A program made the position numbers and the translations under genes. DNA of 64,000 nucleotides from Catajapyx aquilonaris (Eukaryota): NCBI GenBank assembly GCA_000934665.2, contig KZ538348.1, positions 1 through 64,000 of the forward strand, read 5' to 3'. Of this stretch, positions 50,301-63,290 are shown piece by piece. Positions within the stretch are counted from its first letter, which is position 1, and every line of letters begins with the position of its first letter. The notes below the pieces were generated by a model. It made no database searches and was not told the DNA's origin. It was given only the letters and a program-made list of their open reading frames with translations.

Positions 50301-52627
50301 ACCACTACGCAGTAACACATGACCATCGAACTGGTCGAATCCGACTATTATAGGTGCTTTGAGGACCTCCTAAAGTTCTGGTAACACAGTATAATATGCC
50401 TAAAGTCACTACTCTGAGGAGGTTGTACTAAGACTGAAACTATTGTGCTTCATTAGGAATATTTTGAAAATGTACAACTTACAGAATTTTTTGTTCCTGG
50501 TTCATATGGCGGCGTTCATCTCAGACCTCTTTCTTCGTTTATACGAAATACAACACATTGCAAATGTCTCCATGTAGCCTTATCTGTCTGAACTCTCTCT
50601 ACCATGCTAATAATAATCGGCTATGTATGGGTATTTATAAAAATTTGGGCTGCAAACTGTTGATATCACCTGGTATGTAGTCTACTCGTACTGTACAATA
50701 CTGGCATAATAGACTGTAATTGATACTTAAAAAGTACCGGTACACTAATGACAGCCTAATGTATTGGAAGCGAAAAATGAAAAATATTACTTTCATCTCA
50801 TCCTACCACATAATTATAATGCACGTATATTATAAAATGTAGCATTTCACATTGAAATATGTTGCACATTTTGGCACCTTGACAAATTGCTGAAGTTAAA
50901 TTACTGCCGGAACGCCCCTATATTTACTGAAAAACCGCAGTGCAATATCACATAGCTGAAAATCATTTTGTAAATTTATTCGGGCCGCTGTTTTGAGCTT
51001 TAAATGATTGGTGGGTACTTTTCTGTTGCTGCGTGATAGCTCCACCTTCATTATCAGAAAAACAGGTGGAAAATCAATATTGATTTATTGAAGCACCAAC
51101 GAAGAATGCAACGAATTTTGCAGGGCAGTGCATTGAAAAGCACGAATATGCATCCTGTAGTAGATGGCGGACATATGTGATATCCTAATTTTTAAATTTC
51201 GAGGGAAAAATCAAATAATATTGCACCAAAAGCCGAATGTTTTAACCTTATCTCTCAATGAATATGCCTGTATCAAATATTGCAGAAATGCAAGACAATG
51301 TCAACTTTGCCACAACTGACAAATATTTTTTTCTCATTATTTCCTTCTTTTGTCACTACACAATGTTAGCATTGAACTGGAGCAGATCCTAAGTTTGTTT
51401 TAAAATCACCACCTCCTCCGCAGACTCTAAATGCATATGAGACACTGACCTGATCTTGGGGGCCTCTCAGGCATGCTGGGGATGTATCGAGGAGAGTATC
51501 CGTAGATGTCCCTGGAGACTGGGTCGTAGTGGTAGCCGGGTGCGTGGATGCGGCTGTATGGGTCTTCGGCGTACGGCCTGTCCTCCAGCAGGGGTTTGTA
51601 GAAGGGATCAACCTTGGAGGGCAGCATGTCGAAAAGGAAGGGACGGGGACGAGTCCGGCTGGTTTCAGGGGCACGCATGTCCTCGGAACCTACACCAACC
51701 AACACAAGTTTTCGTTTACAACTTCATATCAAATGCACTTATTGCGTCATATAGTCTAAAAGAACTTGATGTGCATTTCTTTGACATCAAGCAAATTATT
51801 CAGTAGGTTACATTCGGTAGCCAGTGTTTAATTTTTAAACAATGGCAGCAGAGACAAAATATTGGTTTTGATTTTTTGATTTGATTTGTCTGATACAATA
51901 ACAGCTTAACGCAAGAGAGTATAGTTTCAACTCCATGCCTTGCACTGAATTTAACATTTGATCATGTACAGAAGCAAGCCATTGGGACTGTGAGAGAGCA
52001 AACCTAGTGAATTAATAATTAAGGAAAATAGTCTAATTAATGCATCATGTTAATACTTGCTGAATCAGAAACATCGCACAGTATACCAAAATCACGCATG
52101 GAAAGGTTTAAGCCGTATCACAGTAAATGGAAAGCTCCGCAATATCTGGCCACTTGTTTGCTCTAGCGCTATCCTCTGGCGAAGGCCTGTCCAGACACAT
52201 TATACGAACATTTTTGGATCAGATATTGTAATTTTCTAATATGCTTCCAAACTCTGGCATAATAAACGTTAAATTGATAACGGTTACACTACGAGATATT
52301 TTTGCAAATCATTGTTTAACTTTCATGTTATCGGAAGCAATAAGGGGTTGTGGTTGACTCATCTATCCTCCAATTTCCCCCCTTGATATTAGGTGGCGCC
52401 TAACCAACCTAACTGTGCGTATGGTAGGGAAGCACAAGAGGCGCGATCATCCATTCTAAATATTGCTTCTACTGGATTTTGCTAAAATATTTGTAATGCC
52501 CGTTAATGAAATGTAGTACTTAAAATGACTCACCCTTGAGTGCCCTGATGTAAGACTGCCAGAATTTGGCTTTGCGTTGAACGGGATCGTTCATCTGCAT
52601 GATGATCAGGTGATTCTTCAGATACAT
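44379..52627 (-). CDS. Mf: Myofilin-like muscle thick-filament protein (one isoform ~272 aa; 3' end uncertain or alternative)
   Basis: Exons 52627-52534 (MYLKNHLIIMQMNDPVQRKAKFWQSYIRALKG), 51689-51450 (SEDMRAPE...RIHAPGYHYDPVSRDIYGYSPR), 48606-48469 (...AYNYAG), 44725-44379 (...KPWWW...SYLSPVKNTYLWEQHPLRP). KAKFWQSY.RALKGS.D.RAP and PGY.Y.PV.R..YGYSPR are recalled myofilin-family motifs. A donor at 44473 may lead to other terminal exons. Confidence 0.82.
44998..45266. mobile_element. hAT-type MITE (CAGTGGCGGA TIR) spanning the assembly gap
   Basis: cagtggcggat / atccgccactg; imperfect 8-bp TSD actttaac / actttagt; G and C tracts flank the N run 45084-45224. Confidence 0.75.
49152..49476. mobile_element. 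Fold-back MITE flanked by TTAA (piggyBac-like)
   Basis: TTAA|ccagtctcagtgtcttgaaaat... arms of ~100 bp ...attttcaagacactgagactgg|TTAA. Confidence 0.75.
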
Positions 52628-55600
52628 CTTGGATTTAGAAAGTAGTCTTCACCCTTGGTCTCAAACTGCAAAAATCTGCAAACTGCAAAAAATCATCGAG
52701 TTGTAATAATTACCTATAATAACAACCACATGTATTATATTTCTATGCAAATAATTACTAAACTGGCCCAATATTTTGGTTTACGCTTTGTATTCATTGA
52801 AGCGTTTGAATGAAGTCATTAGTCAATGACAGATGCCTACGGTAGGGGAAAAAGTTCCAACGTAAATAGACTACTGAAGGACTGCACGTCTTCATTTGGA
52901 TCACAGCTTTAGCCCGAGTAGTTAATTATAGCTGGAGTATTTTTAGATTCTGGTTGTTTATTCCTGGCAATAATGGTACGGCAGCTCTACTGCAATTCCT
53001 CACTGCTGCACTCACTACTGACCTTGCATTAACACCCACGTATTACACCTTCAGTGTCACTATTTTTGACAAGCCTGTGCAAAAACATGGCAGAAAAATA
53101 ATCTTCATCGGGAATGGTCATTTAGATTATATAGCATTGTGCTATTGAAATAATAATATATGATAATATTACACTTATGGGCGTAACTTATGAATATAGC
53201 CTACTACTACATTATACTGGCCGACAAGATTAGGACATCAACTTGTGCACTGCGCGCGGATGAATTCTATGAGATCCATATTATACGTAGTATATTGCCT
53301 ACGCAAAATATTGACATTTCGGTACCTAAGGGTATGCACTATCTTGATCATAAAGTTCAAGACGATTAGTGTTGCAAGGAATATTATTGCGATCTCAATG
53401 GAATGTTGATGTCTCTCTACTCTAGCGTCAAATATACAGTAAGTTAGTCGACTTTAAGAGCTGCTGTATATTCACGTATACGGACAGTGCTGGTATGCCG
53501 GTGATGCGTTGGAGTTTTGAAACAAAAGTGGCCCAAGTCCATTTTTTCCCGCTTTCGAGATACGACCGCCATCACGCTCAGAAGGCTACTCCAAGTTGGT
53601 GCAAAATTGGTGTAAATCCTAAGTCGGACATTAAGACAATAGTTGGCATAATCTTATATGCTCCAAGGAGAATAATATTGCCTACACCATGGAGCCTTTC
53701 AGGTCAATTTTCGTAGCTTTATTTCTTTTTGGACTTGGGGCCACTTTTGTTCTCAGCGCCTTAATAATTGTCTGCGTCATTTTAGAGTCGATGATACATA
53801 CCGTTAGATACCAAAGTATTACAATGTATTTTTCGTAAACAGAGGATTCAACTATGCAGAGTTTTCCCGTATTGCAAGTAACCGTCCATATCATTATTAG
53901 TAAAGGTACTCCATGTCAAAGAGTTTACCGCCAAATGTGTCTTGGCTCTATACTACATCCATCAGCATCCCAGAAAGTTGAAGGTTTGTCCCCCTTAACC
54001 TTCACCTTGAGAGCATGTTGATGGTTGTGTAGTGCCAGAATACGGTGGGATGAAATATGTTTAAACATCTAGCCATACTCAGTATTTATCTGTGCATGAT
54101 CTGCTGTATACAACCACTCCAAACTTTGTCTGCTTTTATATTGGCTAAGGTATAGGTGATGAATATTGTCACCGCGACATTAGTGACATGAGAAAATATT
54201 TGATGAAAAATACTATAATTACATGATGCTCGTTAAGCTCTAATCTTTTGTTAAAAAATTTGGAAACATCTAATATTAAACCATTTCAACCTATGAGACA
54301 GCGTCAGCAGGGGCTCTACTGTAGGCTACTGTGGGCCTAGGTGTCGACGCAAGTATTGATTATCTTCTCAAGCCCGAGTTTAGTTACTTGGCACAATATA
54401 AATTCTTAATTTATAAGAGTTGCAATAGTACATATGACAAGGATCCGATGATGTATTCGTCAGTGCATTGCAATAACATCCTTCACTAGTGCAATAAATC
54501 AGCGATCATTGTCACTCATATAGGCAATAATCTCAGTGTTTCACAAGGAAACAAGCGAAGCTCTAGTTATAAAACAAAGGGTATAACAATTATTATACCG
54601 TAGAGCTCACATGTCAACGACTTAATATATCTTATCTAAGTGAAATATGTGACAGAAGAAATTGCTAAATAATGTCATTCGATTACTTAGTGTTTCTAAT
54701 ATTCATCTAAGTTACAACCACTAGACCAAGTAATTTATGCGTCTACTAAAAGACTATGACAGTCAGGCTCACCCAGTATAGAGCTGTAGGAGGATCGCTT
54801 GTGCTGTCAGCTTCCAATAACGAACTACTAGTTTTCGTTTCACAACTTGCTCGACGTTAAGCTTTAGACCTTGAAGATTTTGGGCAGACTCCAAAAAGAA
54901 GGTAAATTGCTATTTCTGGCTCTGTAAACGCAAGAGTTACTGTAGTTGCCATGGCCTTGGCTGATGTTTAGGTCGAACTGAAAACGTTGACAAACAGTGA
55001 AGTAAAATTACGTGAGTGGGCCCCACACACGTAATTAATGAAGAGGTGTAGAGCGTGATTTAAAAACAAAAAACAAAAACTACTGAAGTAAAATTTTACT
55101 TCGGTAGTTTTTGTTTTTTGTACTAAAAGAAACCTACAGCTTGGGTTATACACTTCAGGTACTAGGATTAAACTTGTCCATCCGAAATGGTCAGTAATAC
55201 CCACATAATGGGCAGGTAGGGCTGTTCCTTAAACATTTCCTGGTACAAGACATTTCACGACACTTTTTGACTAGAAAAATTCTTTAAGGTTTTCGCCCGG
55301 AATTAAAATTCGCCGTGTCCACGTGTGAATTTGAGGGAAATGTCGGTTTGACAGCTCCACTACTACAAACGGTTGTGGGGTCGCCTGACGTGCATGTTAT
55401 TTCCTATAGATCCCATTAGGACGTCAGGAAAACTCAATTTCCGTCGCAAGCCTGAGTGACTTTTTTTGCAGACAAAAATGATGTATTTTCGTTATAGATT
55501 TTGTCTAGGAGAGTATTAATTTGCTATTATGCCGGAGTACTGATCATCCTGTGAATTTAAAACACACGGATGCCGCATTATTATTAGTCATGCATATTAC

Positions 55601-56175
55601 ATGTAAAAATAGAGGTGAACTGAATATGAAACAAGACCTGTCGTCAGGGTCAGAAACAGGATGGCTTTTTATGGTCCTAAATTACAAAATAATATATTTG
55701 TAATCTTGTTACATTGCACATGCTGTTTTAACTCAAATTGATTTATTTTCTAGGTGTAAAATAATAACATAATACCATGCCCTTAACTCGACATAACTAT
55801 TATTTTGAAGAAACCACGACAAAATTGCTCTGTGCTGAACTTTTAACGTCCTAAACATGAAACACGTTTTGTGTATTAGAAAAAAAGATTTTAATGCTAT
55901 TTATGATGCATTTGGTTTTGAGAGGTATTACAACAGCTCACTTGGGATATAACATACTTAAATCACAAGAACTTCCACCAAGAAAACTAGGGCATCTCAC
56001 GTTTGAACAATCTGTGATCTACATTACATACCGTAATTTTACAACAGAGAAAAATATTTCTGTGACAAATTGAGGTGTGGGAAGGCTTCTGGCGAGCAGT
56101 GACGCAATGAGTGGAAGCTGAAGAGGGGCCTACCCCGGGATGGTAGCTCCAGGAAAAGAGCGGAAAACGCAGCCT

Positions 56176-56185
56176 CTATTTTTAG
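56176..56185. promoter_or_regulatory. MEF2 consensus site upstream of myofilin
   Basis: ctatttttag matches YTA(W)4TAR exactly and sits in a GC-enriched island 5' of a muscle gene. A 10-bp motif could occur by chance. Confidence 0.45.
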
Positions 56186-59100
56186 CTTAGAAATGCTTGC
56201 TATGTCACTGCTAATTTCCAGAAATAACCGAAGCAATTTATTCTATCATGACCATGGACTTCGCACATTTTTATAATACTGCAGTCTTGGGTCTTGGTCT
56301 TGAATATAGGCGATTTATTTAATGCTTAATGCATACATTTAATAAATGTTGCCTACTGTGTTTAACACCCATTAATACTCATACACCTTACATACTACTT
56401 GTACTTCTGTGAAGTAGGTACGGTGAGTATAGTGACATTCAGCTACCTATATAATTTAAAAGTGTTTCCCGAATAATGCTTTAATGTCCCGTACCTGAGA
56501 GAAATGTTCCATATAGCGTCAAAATAGTTACACGATGGAACGAAGACTGTGACATTTTCTGACAAAACCATTGAAAGCAATGAACATTATCTAGTATACA
56601 TGCACACGCATCTTGTGTACATGTTGTTTCCTTTGACAAGCAATATTACTATAGGAATGAAATTCTAGACATCGCGTCCAATATGCACTCCTGTATTAGT
56701 GGGGTGGCATCTACCACACTTGTAGATCTCAGTGATACCAAGGTCATTTTCGAAATCCCGTATACCGGTAATGAAGGTACCGACCACCGAGAGAAACACC
56801 AGGATATTGGGCACAGTACACAACCAACATCACTGACACTGGAAGAGTGGGTCACTAGAACACTATAGTAGTTACAGACCTTCCGGATTCAACCTCGAGC
56901 CTAGAGAGCACAGGTGTGGCTGAGAGCTTGGTTCGTGGCGTACTGTCCCAAGATCAGACGAAACAGCTAGCTCTACTTCCCTCCTGCCTGCTTGCTTCAC
57001 TTGGCACCCGGGCCAACGTCCAAAATAGCCAACCGACATCAGAGCAGCCATTTTCCCCATTCCTGCACTCCTCGTATATTTATCTGACATTAGGATGTCC
57101 TCCAGTGATGTCGTTTACTGACCCAAGTTTTGATGTGCATGTTTTACGCTTCTGGGATGTTGTCATAAAGAGTGTAGCTGTAAGTGACGGTTGGTCAAGG
57201 ATGAGGAGCAGGAGTTGTCGACGACAAGAGGGAACATGACCCTCGCGCCTTATTTGGAACGGGCTTTAGGGCGCTCGGCCAGGGCTTTGGGTGGGGCTCT
57301 CTCTCCCTCCTTCTACTTCCATCTGTCCCTCTACAGCCACTTACATACTGCCTGCCCTACATTTGCCACAACCCTGATGGAACGTTCCGAAAAGACTCCT
57401 GTATCACCAACGGTGTCTCTTGCTCTCTGCGCCTAGGCACGTCATCCCGAGGTGCGCACCGGAAGCTGACAGGGCACCTGTATAATGTCAGCCTGCTCCC
57501 ACGGATACTCACATAGGTGAACGATGACTTCATCAAATATGCTATGCAGGGGTCCGATTTCGACGACTTCATTATAACGGGGGTCTCGAATTACGTTCAG
57601 CGCCTGATTTGACCACGCACATTTTTGCAGGGGTTAAATTTAGGTGACCTGAGAAATTTTGGAAGGACGATATGCTTCAGGAAGAATCAGGGTTGTTGAT
57701 CGCATTGTCCGCTTTGTCCTTTCAAGTATTCACCACGTGTGAAGTTACGGACACCTCGACAAGGTTGCGTCATACCGGATGCCGTTCTATAGTTCAAGGT
57801 CTCTAAAAATGGTACAACTCTGCAGCGTATTGGATTCATGGTCGTTGTTTTTAAGTACTGTAGGTTAATCGGTCTAATATATTCTCAACTCTAATTCCAG
57901 AAAGTAACTAAAATAGCTAAAATCCGGAAAGAATTCATATATCATTAAAATTAAGTACTGTACGTGTCTCACAGTGTTGCACAATTTCGGTTTTTAACTT
58001 TATGCTATTTCCCTGTGACAAACAGATATTCCAAACCTGAATATTATCGGTATCATTAATAGGCCCTATACGTACAGTATTAGCACCGGCATAATAATAA
58101 TAATATCCTCTGTACTTTCAATATTATTTAGTCTACCCAATGGATGTACACTGTACAGTACTGCACAAATGGATGTAAGGCATGCTGCTCTATATGGATT
58201 ATGCAATGTTCATACGTCTTAATACTTATCAGATAAAGAAATGTTGATGGTCTGGGGGTGGTGGAGGCGGACAGAGGGAAATTTCGCAAAAGATTTTAAA
58301 TAAATCTTTGACGTCACGTTGGACACAATCCCAAATATGCCGCGTTTTACGCAGGCCTACATGTTCTTTTAGATGGTGATGTAGAGATCTATTTTAGTGC
58401 GTTATGGCGAAATCATTGAATATTTTGGAATCGATGCAGCACAGTAGGCCTAGACACAATATGTTGCCTACTGTACGTAGTAAGGCACCGTTTATGAGTA
58501 GTCTACCACACTGCATGTTGTGTTCTCGTGCTCAATATTAATTTTTCAACTCTTATGTTCATCTTGTTACAGATGATCTACTCGAAATTATATTTAATGT
58601 TTTACTTTTGTAAGGAGAAAGTGTTTTTAACAGGACAAAACGGACCCAGATCGTCATCCTCAGTGTCATTACGTAAATCTTATTCCCAAACAGACGTCGG
58701 AAATAGCCAAAACTACAAACAAAAGTGGCATGATGCTTTCGGATGGGGAAATCATGTTATAACACATTGTGGCTGACGTACACTGCGTCATGTTATCACG
58801 CCAGTTGCAATTTTCTGCATTGGTTCTTTACATCATGGGTAGGCTATTCATACTAGTCATACAGTATAGATGTAGGCTACCACGTAGAGTAGGCTATGTG
58901 CTTGTGCTATTATGCCCATTCCGCAAAAGCTATAATATGACTGTAACGACTTGCACATGACAGATGCGATGTTATGATAATGACAATAATGTAGTCTACT
59001 AAGAGGATTGACGACACTGCCTTCGGGCTAAGTATTCCATACTTATGTGCAAATGGTACAATTTAATCTTTACTAATGAAAAACTTTCAGGTCAGCCTTT

Positions 59101-60128
59101 GTCATATAGTCTACCATATTCAAATATCTGTTTTCTGTGTCGGAAAATGCAGTCGTTTTGTTAAAATATGATTCCTAATCATGTATCATTTAAGCTTAAT
59201 CTTTAATGAGCAAAAACCGGCCTGCATTATTTATTATTATTGTGCATTTATAACATTCTTGTGTTTTCCTACAAAATGTCAGGAAAACTAGGCTTGTGTC
59301 ATTCTAAAAGGGTATATAATTATGACCTAAAGACAGACCTACTTGACATCTAGAACGGCACCTGTATTACTGCTTTGCATTGCGCAATTTTGGCGTAGTA
59401 TCAAGCAAAACATGGAATTAGTAGGTCATTGCTTCATGCATTTTGCGCTCTTTATTTATAGCTAGTGTGGTTTCGGTATAGCATACATAGAGCGCTATAA
59501 ATTGCGGATATCCTAATTCTATTTTGAAATACTGCTGCCTGAGTAAATGGATAAAATCTACGATCAACCTAAAAGTAGATGGTCCATATAAGGGCACGAG
59601 CACTCTAGGAGGGGAGTTTGCAATAAGTGACGCACGGTAACATCCTATAGTGCGTCAGAAGTGACGCAATAAAAGAACAATAAGAATTGCAGCTGCAAGC
59701 CGTGCGCAGTTTCCTTTATTACGTGAATGGCATCTGCAATATCGATAGAGTGAAGATAATTTAGACGCTGTACTGCATGAGCAGCAGAGTATGTTATATA
59801 CCCTTTCATGTCGAGGAGTCTCCAGCATGATTGGCTCGAATTCCTTCCTAGTACGATATTAAAGGCTGCAAAACGGATCCTTTCCGCAGAGTTAGAGATC
59901 TGTGAAATAATTATTGCGTTACCATAGGTACCACCTATACGGTAACGTCATAATTTCGAGCTCTGAAATCCTGTGGAAGGGCTTCTGCATAGCCCTCGGC
60001 ACATTTCACATGGATCGGTGATAGTACAATTTATATGTGCCCCTAACCAGGTGCTCCATTCTATATCAACTGCTATATTTGACCCCCGGAGAGTCGAATA
60101 TAGCAGTATGTTGCTATATAGACCTGGT

Positions 60129-60508
60129 GGTAATGGGGAGGCGAAGTGGCGCTGCGGTAACGTAAGCGCCCACGGATGTAAGGGTCCCGGGTTCGATACC
60201 AAGCCCGGGCATCCCCCCCTTCATCTCGTGCAGAGTTGGGTCGTCTCTGGCTTCGTCTCGGGTGAGATTCCTTGAGACTAACCACCCGGGGGAGTTCACA
60301 GAATGTACCAAGTTTAGACATTGCACTGCACATTGCACATCCCCTCCTACTCATCCCCCCTTCGCTCGCGGTACCCGGGCGTTACGGAAAAGGACCACTT
60401 GTAAAAGCTTGTACATCTGAAGCATAATAAAGGTACCATGCCAGATGCCCAAGAAGGGCGGGCGGTGCACTAACCCAATTATTATTTTTTTATTTTTTTA
60501 TTTTTTAT
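60129..60508 (+). mobile_element. tRNA-derived SINE (head/body type 2, tail type 1) inserted into a mariner-type MITE
   Basis: gtggcgctgcggtaacg...ggttcgatacc; 14-bp TSD tatatagacctggt at 60115-60128 and 60509-60522. Confidence 0.88.
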
Positions 60509-61346
60509 TATATAGACCTGGTTAGGGGCACAACATGCTACAAAAATAACTGCTATCGGACGATATCAGTTATAAGAAAACAACCCACGAATTTGGAACA
60601 CCCTGTATATTATCTCTGCATTAATATACTGCTAGTCATAGTAATTGCCGCCGCACCCAAACAGTAACTTATAGGCCTACTTGTATGTATAGACTACATA
60701 GTATTTTGATATTAGAAAAGATCAAGGTATCGCCCTACATAAAGAAAGTGACCGCCATGATTGTGTGCATAGGCAAATACACATGCATGAGCACACTCTT
60801 CACTCCATGTATTTCTAAACTGGATAACAGCTGCCATTAGTAGGCTAATATTAAATAAATTAACTGCGGAAATCTGGCAATTGCGTAACTTTTATTTTGC
60901 ACCGTTTTAAGGCATCTTATATTCCTACGCCTAAAATGATCAAGAATATCTGCTCATTACAGAATGTTTTTTCGGTGTGGAGAGACGCCCGGCACAATTC
61001 TGATCTAGTTTCTTTCAGAATAGCTATTTCGCTTCTCTGTAGCCTTCTCCCAGCATGACATGTGTCGTATGCTAAGGGCTACAGGCCTTCAATTCCTGCT
61101 GTCCGAGTGTGAGGAACAAGGGGTTAACCACTCGACTGTAAACTGGAGTACCAAATTCAAAGAGTACCAAGCAGCACCAAATAGTAAATACCTAAGGAGT
61201 ATACCTGGGAGTAGCACTGCAAGTGTATACCTACACCGAGGAAGTTGTTGAGCTGCGCTTGTGTGATGGTTCTGTGATGTACTTTTTGTCCATAACATTT
61301 AGTGGCCTGAAATACAAAAAAATCAGAGTCACACTGGAACTATATA

Positions 61347-61772
61347 CAGGGTGTTCACCAATTTGTCTGCCAAAAAGATATGGGTGGTAGGGGGTGCATA
61401 TGGAAGAAGCATGGCATGCTATGGGCCCGAAAGGCCGCGACGATGTTGTCGTCGGCGATGTCTATATCCTGACAAGTATGGATACCTCCGCACATGCCTG
61501 TATTGCTGGTTGCCGGAGTCAGGCGGTTGAGCAACGATCTGGCAGTTCCAGCGCCTGACCGCAGCAACCAGCAATGCAGATGTGCACGGGGGTATCCTTA
61601 CTTCTCAGGATAGACATTGTCGATGATGTCAAAGGTCGGCATCTCCAAAACCGATCGTCGCCATCTCCAAAAGGGATCGTCGCCGACCTTTCTGACCCAT
61701 GCCCAGCCTCTTCCATATTCACCCCACTAACACCTGTATCATATATTAGCAGAAGAATTCGTTAACACCCTG
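61347..61772. mobile_element. Tc1/mariner-type MITE with internal GC-rich inverted repeat
   Basis: TA|cagggtgtt ... aacaccctg; inner arms ~61450-61525 and ~61552-61625. Confidence 0.7.
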
Positions 61773-61875
61773 TGTATGAGAGTTTGATATTTGAAGCTTG
61801 TTTTTTTTCAAGCATTTGTCTATGGAGCTCTATCTTTTTGCAAGAAGACTGATTCAATCATCATAAGTGCGTATA

Positions 61876-62205
61876 CAGTGTGTCTCATCTTTTTTGTCCG
61901 AACAGTTATCGGGAAATTGCGCGTAGCTGCTACTTTTTAAGCAGTGACTTGCAAACGGTGATTTTTCGGAGGAACGGGGAATATTCTCTGCGAATCGTAG
62001 GTTGAAGTGGCATACTTGCCGCCCGCCGAAAATTGAGGATCAAGCCTGGAAAAAAGAGGGTCACACATGCCATGGGATGTGTGACCCTCTTTTTCCCCAT
62101 TCCCCATTCCTCCGACAAATCACCGGTTGCAGGTCACTGCTTAAAAAGTAGCAGCTACGCGCAATTTTCCGATAACTGTTCGGACAAAAAAGATGAGACA
62201 CCCTG
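61876..62205. mobile_element. Tc1/mariner-type hairpin MITE
   Basis: TA TSD; cagtgtgtctcatcttttttgtccgaacagttatcgg / ccgataactgttcggacaaaaaagatgagacaccctg; inner hairpin aaaaagagggtcacac / gtgtgaccctcttttt. Confidence 0.85.
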
Positions 62206-63119
62206 TATGAATCAATAAGGCTTGCATCACACTATTTCTAACTCAAATTCGAAAAAACGAGACTATTTGATAGTTCTGAATTTCAAAAATTCATTTTCGA
62301 AAAAGGTTTGTCTTGATGTACCCTATCTTCCATTAAAATTGGTATACACATAGTTTTAAACACACTGTAGTGTTTGTGCAGTAGTTCGATATCCTCTCCT
62401 AAAGTTTTAGTCAAAAATCGCAGAGATTTGACCAATAATTACACTGACGGGTATTTCTGGATATTTTGGCTTTATGTTTGAGAGCATGGTACTTTATTTG
62501 TCAATATCTAAATCAGAGTAACTTGCAAATATAAATGCAGCATTTTAAAATGTGTATTTATTGCAGATGATACAGCATTATTGAGAAGTATTTCTCCTCT
62601 TTCACTCATTCTCTGTCCCTTCATGTACCCTCATTCTTTTGAAGTTTTTTTTTGTTCCTGTTGATTGGACACAATAAATATCGACCCCATATTCTAAACC
62701 CCTATGATGAGGCTAGCTGTTTGTCATTGCTCATCGGATTTATTTTGTGCCGAAGTCGTCTTTTATGCATTTTTTTTACCACACTTTGATCTTCCTAAAT
62801 TGCATAAAATAATATGCATGTTATGTTTACTTGGCCTATAGTGATATGGATTTTTCTTATCTACAGTATCCAGACCCATTTAAATGCAATTCTCATATGC
62901 ACCCTATCAAAATGTTGTACATGAGAGTACTACTGATAACACATACTGTATTTATAGAGTAGACTACAGTATGCTATATTGAATACATCCTATATAAACT
63001 TTTGATGCAGCATTATTTTGATAAACGGTGAAGAAGATTGTTTTACTCGAATAATTTCACATTTGCAGGTAAATAGGTTGGGAACACGGCCCAGTAACAA
63101 TGTTTAGAAACATTATCAG

Positions 63120-63290
63120 GCGCCTAAGGTGTAGTTGGTATAGTGCGGCAGCCTTCTGACCTCTGACTTGCCAAGTTCAATCCTGGATCGGATCGAGGAT
63201 TTTCTCATGTGAAAAGAGTTTCACTAACAATAAGTTCTCTCTGATTCCGTGGGTTTGACAATATTCTCCCATTTCCTTGTACTACCAAAA
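63120..63290 (+). mobile_element. Degenerate tRNA-derived SINE
   Basis: ggtgtagttggt A-box-like and agttcaatcc B-box-like segments; related to the 38310 copy. Confidence 0.5.

Noticed and set aside
56118..56140. Hammerhead-like CUGAAGA-GGGG-ccua-CCCC
   Set aside because: Followed by GGGA instead of the required GAAA, and no convincing stems I and III.
56649..57436. Cluster of 60-107 aa ORFs as an additional gene
   Set aside because: No recognisable protein motif or consistent exon chain; better explained as the regulatory/5' region of myofilin.
61355..61765. Short ORFs as transposase remnants
   Set aside because: No DDE/D or HTH motif is recognisable; the ORFs arise from a GC-rich internal inverted repeat.
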